Source: Candidatus Thorarchaeota archaeon (GTDB taxonomy: Archaea; Asgardarchaeota; Thorarchaeia; Thorarchaeales; Thorarchaeaceae). Taken from it: DNA of 6,589 nucleotides. The position numbers and the translations under genes were made by a program. This document shows positions 1 through 4,732 of the stretch, in pieces. Every line of letters starts with the position of its first letter. Within the stretch, counting starts at the first letter, position 1. The DNA lies in assembly GCA_003345555.1 (NCBI GenBank), contig PRDJ01000016.1, positions 1 to 6,589 of the forward strand, given 5' to 3'. A model generated the notes under the pieces. That model searched no databases. It was not told the origin of the DNA and saw only the letters and a list, made by a program, of their open reading frames with translations.

Positions 1-685
1 CTTCGGTCCTGTCTGCAATCTTCTGCGCTGCCTTCTGAAAAGACTCCGTCGTATGGTACTGGATTATGTTGGTCCCAGAGAGTTCCATTCTCTGTTCGCT
101 GAGGGCAGACCTCACGTCATATGCAAGCACATCCTCGACCCGTACAAGGCCAGCATCTACACATCTTCTCAGTGAAGTTGCGTGGGAAAGCTGATATCCT
201 CCGTAATCCGGATAGAAGTCTGCATGGGCGTCCAGCCAGACGACACCGTATTTTCCTTGGCGGCCCCGCTTCAAACCTTTCAGCAAGGGATACGTTATGA
301 AGTGGTCACCACCTAGGAAGAGCAAGAAGCTTCGACGCCGGGCGAGCTTCTGAGCGGCGTCCGAAATGTCATACATTGCCGCGTCTGGCAATCTGTTAGT
401 AACCTCAAGGTCACCTATGTCCTCGAGCGTGAGAACCTCCGAAAGGAACCTCTGCTCAGGGCTCGGAGAAGACCCAATAGTAAGTGGAGTGCTATGGGAC
501 CTTTCGCCTGTCGTTGCTCGCCTTATAGCATCAGGAGCAAAGCGACATCCGGGCATATAGCTGGAAGTCAGGTCGTACGGTACCCCCAATACTCCTACAT
601 CCGGTTCTCCTTCTGCCGGCGCAGGGATATGGAAAAAGGACTCAGGCAGTTTCAAGAATCCACTGAGATCCTTTCTAAGAGACAT
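1..685 (-). CDS. speB: Agmatinase/arginase-family ureohydrolase, N-terminal 228 aa (3' end lies outside the window)
   Basis: Hand translation from ATG at 685: MSLRKDLSGFLKLPESFFHIPAPAEGEPDVGVLGVPYDLTSSYMPGCRFAPDAIRR...EDIGDLEV...LFLGGDHFITYPLL...VVWLDAHADFYPDYGGYQLSHATSLRR...AYDVRSAL...QKIADRTE, open to the window edge. It carries the family motifs GxPxD, GxRFxPxAIR, DxGD, GGDHxxT, DAHxD and SHxT. GGTTGAGG lies just upstream of the ATG. The family call is solid; the substrate, and hence the symbol speB, is presumed. Confidence 0.9.
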   Translation of the reverse strand, partial: MSLRKDLSGFLKLPESFFHIPAPAEGEPDVGVLGVPYDLTSSYMPGCRFAPDAIRRATTGERSHSTPLTIGSSPSPEQRFLSEVLTLEDIGDLEVTNRLPDAAMYDISDAAQKLARRRSFLLFLGGDHFITYPLLKGLKRGRQGKYGVVWLDAHADFYPDYGGYQLSHATSLRRCVDAGLVRVEDVLAYDVRSALSEQRMELSGTNIIQYHTTESFQKAAQKIADRTE

Positions 686-734
686 TTTTCCTCAACCGTA
701 CCCATTGTTTTTGCAGAGATTAACCATGTCATAT

Positions 735-782
735 AGGAAGCAAAAGGAATCTGTGGCCGCTCCCGGTCGCACGGGAGCAGCC
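735..782 (-). terminator. GC-rich hairpin followed by a pyrimidine/U tract, downstream of the surface-protein stop codon
   Basis: The minus-strand RNA GGCUGCUCCCG-UGCGAC-CGGGAGCGGCC (782..755) forms an 11-bp stem with one U.G pair and a 6-nt loop. It starts 8 nt after the TAA at 793..791 and is followed by ACAGA then UUCCUUUUGCUUCCU (749..735). Confidence 0.5.
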
Positions 783-790
783 CGCAAAGC

Positions 791-2413
791 TTAGACCTGG
801 AATGTCCCAGCGCTAGGACGTTTCCTTACTAGGCCGTAAACCTGCCATATGCCTCCGAGCGCAATGAGTCCAACTACGAGTCCAGAGAATGGCATGCCAT
901 CAGAAATCATCTGGAAGAGGACGGACCCAAAACTCGAGGTCACTGTGAAACCGTCCTTTGGCGAGGACTTTGTGAAATCTGTGCTGTTGTACGTGTAATG
1001 CAGTACTGCTCCCGGAAAGGTATATGTGCCTTCGTTTCTGAAGGTTACCGTGTACGTAATGGATGTGCTCTCACTAGGAGCAAGTGAGAGAACGGCGATG
1101 CTTGTGGTGCCGGTCACGTTCAAGGTCTTGTAGTAGTCCAAGAATCCTCTGTCGGTCAAATTCAGACTGGTTATCGGGGACGTACCCTCGTTGGTCACTG
1201 TCACCGTTACCTGAGTCTGCCCACCGACGCCAGTTGTTGTCGGAGAGAATGATCTCTCAATCGAAATCAAAGGCGGGAACTCGTTGCCTGCGAACCAGAG
1301 ATTATAGGCCATTTGAAAACCGAAGGCAGTAGCATTCCAGACCACAATATTCGATATGTTATCATAGAATGACCAATTGACGTGTACGGGCGTGTATGAC
1401 GAGATAGGCACGTCGTTGGGCATGTTGACGACCACCACAGACATGCCCTCTACAAGTGGATCGAAGGAAGGTGCTCCGAAGAGAGAGCCGATGCTCAGAC
1501 CAGTGCTGGTTGCCGATAAGACCTGATCTCCAATATAGCCCACTCCTGCGACTGCAATCGGACCCGAGAGCGAAGGTAGCTGGGACAGCGCGAAACCTGC
1601 ACCACCCATTGTGTTGTTGACGAGGTTCATGAGTTCGGCAATATCAGGGATGGCCACAAGGATAGCACCGGATGCGCGTGCCGTGGTGAACATTGTCTGG
1701 TTGAAGGAACTGAGAAAACCATCTTGATCCATCACACCGAGGACGGCACTCACAAGTGGACCGAATTCATTGGTAACCTGATAGATGTAGACATCGAGCG
1801 AACTGAATGGCAGTGTCAAGTTCATCCCCTCAGGTATGATGCTCTGGTCGATTCGAATCTGGAACAAGGGCGAGAACGTGAAGCCGAATGTTGACTGCAG
1901 ATGCGCAGCTATAGCGGACATCCGTTGGGCCGAAACTTGTGCGTCAAGGTTCAGGAACGCACTAATCATCAGATTGAATTCTGATCCAAGCATATCTAGC
2001 AACTGATTGGGGTCGAAAGTGCTGCCGCCTTGCATTGGCACAAAGCGTTCAGATGAAAGCAAACCCGATGAGCCGGAAACGTTGCCCAGAAGTCCAAGAA
2101 GGTAGTTCAGGAGCTCCCCGTGCACGCCGGCGAGAGCCATCACAAGGCATCCTTGATACATCTCCGAACTCAGCTGCAGCTGGGCAGAAGGAATTCCTAG
2201 CTGACCATAGATAACAGTAGGAACACCATTTTGATCAATACTGCTGAAAGCCAATTCTGCCCCCTCCGTGAAGAGAACCTGTAGGAATTCGCCCGGGTCG
2301 AACTCCTGGGCAGGCGCATATTGTCTGCCCGGGCTATTAACGGCAGCCACGGGTACTACTACCAGAAAGATGACAAGAGCTATCGTGGCAATGTGCTTGC
2401 ATGCAATCTTCAT
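791..2413 (-). CDS. Secreted, C-terminally membrane-anchored surface glycoprotein (540 aa) with a C-terminal TRAP-beta/BatD/DUF11-like Ig domain
   Basis: Start reassigned to ATG 2413 (MKIACKHIATIALVIFLVVVPVAA, a signal-peptide pattern). It is preceded by SD-like GGAGTGAT and follows the upstream gene's TGA-TAG without overlap. The protein has 10 N-x-S/T sequons and a beta-rich Thr/Val/Ser domain (ISIERSF...VTVTVTNEGTSPITSLNLTD...LAPSESTSITYTV...GTYTFPGAVLHY). One C-terminal TM helix is followed by a basic tail (RKR). Confidence 0.85.
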   Translation of the reverse strand: MKIACKHIATIALVIFLVVVPVAAVNSPGRQYAPAQEFDPGEFLQVLFTEGAELAFSSIDQNGVPTVIYGQLGIPSAQLQLSSEMYQGCLVMALAGVHGELLNYLLGLLGNVSGSSGLLSSERFVPMQGGSTFDPNQLLDMLGSEFNLMISAFLNLDAQVSAQRMSAIAAHLQSTFGFTFSPLFQIRIDQSIIPEGMNLTLPFSSLDVYIYQVTNEFGPLVSAVLGVMDQDGFLSSFNQTMFTTARASGAILVAIPDIAELMNLVNNTMGGAGFALSQLPSLSGPIAVAGVGYIGDQVLSATSTGLSIGSLFGAPSFDPLVEGMSVVVVNMPNDVPISSYTPVHVNWSFYDNISNIVVWNATAFGFQMAYNLWFAGNEFPPLISIERSFSPTTTGVGGQTQVTVTVTNEGTSPITSLNLTDRGFLDYYKTLNVTGTTSIAVLSLAPSESTSITYTVTFRNEGTYTFPGAVLHYTYNSTDFTKSSPKDGFTVTSSFGSVLFQMISDGMPFSGLVVGLIALGGIWQVYGLVRKRPSAGTFQV

Positions 2414-2427
2414 CCTTCTATCACTCC
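2414..2427 (-). promoter_or_regulatory. SD-like ribosome-binding site for the 540-aa gene, overlapping the upstream stop codon
   Basis: Minus strand reads AAG GAG TGA TAG AAGG ATG; GGAGTGAT resembles the archaeal SD consensus GGAGGTGAT. Confidence 0.55.
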
Positions 2428-2987
2428 TTCTTTCGAATGGTTCCGCCAATGATTGCGGCGACTGTAACGATGATTAGTGGTACAAAGAACCACACCAACA
2501 CAGGCACTATCAGTGACGCAAAGTCAGGCGTGCCACCACTGCCCGATATTAGACCGAGCAAGCTACCGACTGCAGACTGGACCAAAGGAACTGAGAGAAC
2601 ATAAACGAGCGACTCCCCCGGGGGTACGGGAGGCAGCGAGCCAAGGTCAAGACCACCCATGAAAAGCTGAACGACGCAGAACGCCAACACGACAAAGCAG
2701 GATAGCCAGCTTACGAGGCCCACCACGAAAGCTCCGGCCTTCTTGCCGGCGATCACTCCACCTAGGAATCCGGCTATCGCCCAGACAGCAACCATCGTTA
2801 GGTTGTTCAAGGGATTAACAAGTAGTGCATTAACCATTACCATGGTCGGACGAAAATAGTTGCCGAACTGTGGACCCAACCAAGCAATCAACGTCTCGTA
2901 ACCCATGGGTAACAAGAACCAGCTACCAAGTAGCGCGATACCAGTACATGCTAACCATCCGAAGTACTTCGAGCCAAAGGCGCTAAT
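2421..2987 (-). CDS. Multi-pass membrane protein of unknown function (about 188 aa if started at ATT 2987; 161-164 aa from ATG 2906 / TTG 2915)
   Basis: The ORF track gives 164 aa from TTG 2915 with about 4 hydrophobic segments. The frame stays open upstream to TGA 3041..3039 and encodes a further TM-like helix (ISAFGSKYFGWLACTGIALLGSWFLLP). GGAGG at 3000..2996 is 8 nt before ATT 2987. The gene is secure; the start position is uncertain. Confidence 0.75.
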   Translation of the reverse strand: MSAFGSKYFGWLACTGIALLGSWFLLPMGYETLIAWLGPQFGNYFRPTMVMVNALLVNPLNNLTMVAVWAIAGFLGGVIAGKKAGAFVVGLVSWLSCFVVLAFCVVQLFMGGLDLGSLPPVPPGESLVYVLSVPLVQSAVGSLLGLISGSGGTPDFASLIVPVLVWFFVPLIIVTVAAIIGGTIRKKE

Positions 2988-2995
2988 ATCATGAA

Positions 2996-3000
2996 CCTCC
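2996..3000 (-). promoter_or_regulatory. SD site (GGAGGT) for the membrane-protein gene
   Basis: Minus strand reads GGAGGTTCATGATATTAGC, a 6/6 match to the GGAGGT core. Confidence 0.6.
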
Positions 3001-3005
3001 TGCTG

Positions 3006-3049
3006 AGACTTGCGCAGTCTGTGACAACGAGAGCCAATTCACTATTAAC
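3006..3049 (-). promoter_or_regulatory. Candidate TATA box (GTTAATAG, 3049..3042) with a palindrome AGACT-N5-AGTCT (3006..3020) near the expected transcription start
   Basis: Both motifs are seen directly. Standard archaeal TATA-to-TSS spacing would put the start near 3015-3020, leaving a leader of about 30 nt that contains the SD. Confidence 0.35.
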
Positions 3050-3159
3050 CGTTGTGTGATTTTCCTCCCACCTCGAACCTGCACATTGATTGAATGACAA
3101 GAGATAAGACCATCGGGACCTTCGGACAATATATCAGCCACGGCAGCGAGACGGTCTAT

Positions 3160-3204
3160 GGCACAAACACGCTAGAATTGTGTTTTGCCCGACACAATCA
3201 CAAT
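3160..3204. repeat. Overlapping inverted repeats and a CACAAT tandem repeat upstream of the wHTH gene
   Basis: GGCA(C)AAACAC-N9-GTGTTTTGCC (3160..3189, 10 bp with one bulge); ATTGTGT-N8-ACACAAT (3177..3198, perfect 7 bp); CACAAT CACAAT (3193..3204). Confidence 0.6.
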
Positions 3205-3222
3205 GATAGTGGGTCGAATAAC

Positions 3223-3591
3223 ATGACTTCGGAAGACGCGCAACGCTCCGTTTATGAACTGCTTCATTTGATGTCTGCTCTCAACGACACCAAGAGAGCG
3301 ATTCTGATGGCGCTGGCTCATATCTACCCGCGAAGCGTGAGCGGAGTTCAGCTGAGTCGACTCATCGGCTACAGCGGAAGGTCAAGGAGTCTTTACAGAG
3401 GAGTGCTCGTTCATCTGGAAGAAAGCAAAATGATACTGATTGATCAGCTGACACCGAAGCTATATGCAATCAGGATTAACGCCGAACATCCCTTGCTATT
3501 GCTGCTTATCGATTTGTGCAGGCAGTACGGCGAGGAGACAAAGAGGATATACTCGAAAGCACTGGAGGAAGGGCAATGGACCAACGCTTAG
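3223..3591 (+). CDS. Winged helix-turn-helix transcriptional regulator (122 aa)
   Basis: From ATG 3223: helix (LNDTKRAILMAL), SVSGVQLSRLIG, recognition helix (SRSLYRGVLVHLEESKMI), then a beta-wing (LIDQLTPKLYAIRIN) and xEHPL. This is the layout of archaeal ArsR/MarR/TrmB-like wHTH proteins. The longer start at 3094 adds 43 aa that do not look like protein and cover the putative promoter. Confidence 0.75.
   Translation: MTSEDAQRSVYELLHLMSALNDTKRAILMALAHIYPRSVSGVQLSRLIGYSGRSRSLYRGVLVHLEESKMILIDQLTPKLYAIRINAEHPLLLLLIDLCRQYGEETKRIYSKALEEGQWTNA
3564..3568 (+). promoter_or_regulatory. SD site (GGAGG) for the 197-aa membrane-protein gene, inside the wHTH CDS
   Basis: GGAGG AAGGGCA ATG, a 7-nt spacer to ATG 3576. 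Confidence 0.65.
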
Positions 3592-4169
3592 AGCAAGCAC
3601 GAGTTCTGTATGTGGACAGACGGAGAATCGCTCTTGCAGCTATGATTGTCATCTTCTCTGTCATGTTCTATCTCTTCTACAGCCCAGGTATCTATGCCAT
3701 CCCCAGTGAGCCCCTAGTCCTACCGCCCGGCTGGGTGCAAGGGTTTAGGATCGTCTACTCGTTCAATACGGTGGGCTTCTTGCTGGCCCTTTCCGTAATG
3801 GTATTCGTCTACGCATTCTGGTGTTGGGCTTTTCTGCCTATCCCGGCTGTCAACTACACGTTGGCGGTTCTGAGAGGCGTGTTCGGTCCTGGTGCTGAGA
3901 TCAGTCAGAGAATTGGCAGACGGTTCAGGGTTAGTCTGGCCCAGACGACTTGGATCGACATGGCGTGCCGTATAAAAGAGCAGGCTTCTGGAATATGGTT
4001 TCTATACAGACTCACCTCGTCTCCAATGTCGGGACCTCATCTCGAAGACATAGCTATGAGACACGGTTTGTCTTCAAAGGACGGCTGTTTTGATGCTTGG
4101 GTCACCAGCGATGAGCTGCACCAAAGAAGCATTCTCATGGTTAGAGCCATATCACTTTCGGCTCAATGA
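3576..4169 (+). CDS. Membrane protein of unknown function (197 aa): two N-terminal TM helices and a soluble C-terminal domain
   Basis: Start set at ATG 3576 (SD 7 nt upstream; 16-nt overlap with the wHTH gene). TM-like segments are IALAAMIVIFSVMFYLFY and VGFLLALSVMVFVYAFWCWAFLP, joined by a Pro-rich loop, then about 100 aa of polar alpha/beta-like sequence. Confidence 0.75.
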   Translation: MDQRLEQARVLYVDRRRIALAAMIVIFSVMFYLFYSPGIYAIPSEPLVLPPGWVQGFRIVYSFNTVGFLLALSVMVFVYAFWCWAFLPIPAVNYTLAVLRGVFGPGAEISQRIGRRFRVSLAQTTWIDMACRIKEQASGIWFLYRLTSSPMSGPHLEDIAMRHGLSSKDGCFDAWVTSDELHQRSILMVRAISLSAQ

Positions 4170-4192
4170 GCTGAGAACATGTCCTAAGGTGC

Positions 4193-4660
4193 CTAGCCAC
4201 TCTTCTGAGTCACGGGCTCGGACTGTCCGACCGGTCTCTGCTCAGCCACGATTCTCGCTTCAACTGAAAGAATCGCACCCACCCAGCCCAAGGACTGTGC
4301 AATCTGAAAAGTGAGATCCAGAATCGGATCCCCTGCCATCAGCGACTGTACAAGGCTTATCAGAAGTCCGACAACGCCTGTGGCCACAGAAACCAGCACA
4401 ATCTTCCTTCCGAGGTCGACTCGCTCAGTCGTAAATACGAATCCTCCAACTATGACTCCAACGCCGCCAAGGAAGGTCAGAACTGCCAAGATGCCCATGA
4501 CGATTTCGGCTGTCACCACGAAGTCTGGCCCGAACAGCTTGGCAATGTCATCGATTATCTCATCAATAACAACTATTGTGCCACTCGCGGCCGACAGGAT
4601 TAGTAGCACGCCACCAATGAAGCAGAGCAAGAAGGATGTTCTGTTGTGGATATTCATCAA
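4193..4660 (-). CDS. Four-TM membrane protein of unknown function (155 aa from TTG 4660, or 154 aa from ATG 4657)
   Basis: Four hydrophobic Gly-rich segments (FLLCFIGGVLLILSAA; IVMGILAVLTFLGGVGVIVGGFVF; IVLVSVATGVVGLLISLV; IAQSLGWVGAILSV). GGAGGT at 4673..4668, with GGAGG 8 nt before TTG 4660. Confidence 0.8.
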   Translation of the reverse strand: MMNIHNRTSFLLCFIGGVLLILSAASGTIVVIDEIIDDIAKLFGPDFVVTAEIVMGILAVLTFLGGVGVIVGGFVFTTERVDLGRKIVLVSVATGVVGLLISLVQSLMAGDPILDLTFQIAQSLGWVGAILSVEARIVAEQRPVGQSEPVTQKSG

Positions 4661-4667
4661 GATTCAT

Positions 4668-4700
4668 ACCTCCAAGCCGGTCCAATTTACGCTTTTCTTG
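4668..4700 (-). promoter_or_regulatory. SD (GGAGGT, 4673..4668) and a possible BRE/TATA-like element (AAGAAAAG-CGTAAATT, 4699..4684)
   Basis: Motifs seen directly. The SD match is exact; the promoter reading is weak because such spacing would imply a near-leaderless transcript. Confidence 0.35.
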
Positions 4701-4732
4701 TCAACGATTTCCACATGAAACGTCATCTGAGT

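Noticed and set aside
366-736. Plus-strand ORFs 366..560 and 494..736
   Set aside because: They are antisense to the ureohydrolase gene, which has clear family motifs; they have no motifs of their own.
755-782. Hairpin as a SECIS element
   Set aside because: The upstream gene ends in TAA with no in-frame TGA, and the stem lacks the GAA/A or tandem G.A internal loop of archaeal and eukaryotic SECIS elements.
2421-2423. TGA read-through (selenocysteine) fusing the membrane protein with downstream sequence
   Set aside because: The TGA is immediately followed by an in-frame TAG.
2414-2449. ORF-track start at 2449 for the surface protein
   Set aside because: It overlaps the upstream gene by 29 nt and places 12 residues before the signal peptide; ATG 2413 has an SD and gives a clean signal peptide.
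1084-2662. Plus-strand ORFs 1084..1332, 2268..2477, 2401..2604 and 2477..2662
   Set aside because: Shadow ORFs opposite well-supported minus-strand genes.
2989-3171. Short minus-strand open frame (GTG 3141, 50 aa) ending in TGA next to ATT 2987, and an orphan double SD GAGGTGGGAGGA (3074..3063)
   Set aside because: The frame is short, has no protein-like character and is the exact antisense of the plus-strand open frame; the double SD has no canonical start at a suitable distance. It is worth revisiting only with ribosome profiling.
3094-3222. 43-aa N-terminal extension of the wHTH ORF
   Set aside because: There is no SD before ATG 3094, the sequence does not look like protein, and it covers the repeat-rich putative promoter.
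3464-3709. ORF 3464..3709, and the 3516 start for the membrane protein
   Set aside because: Both are alternative-frame overlaps with the wHTH gene; ATG 3576 has a well-spaced SD.
4161-4192. Small palindromes (GCTCAATGAGC, ACATGT) at the convergent gene junction
   Set aside because: Too short to distinguish from chance, and there is no U-tract on either strand.
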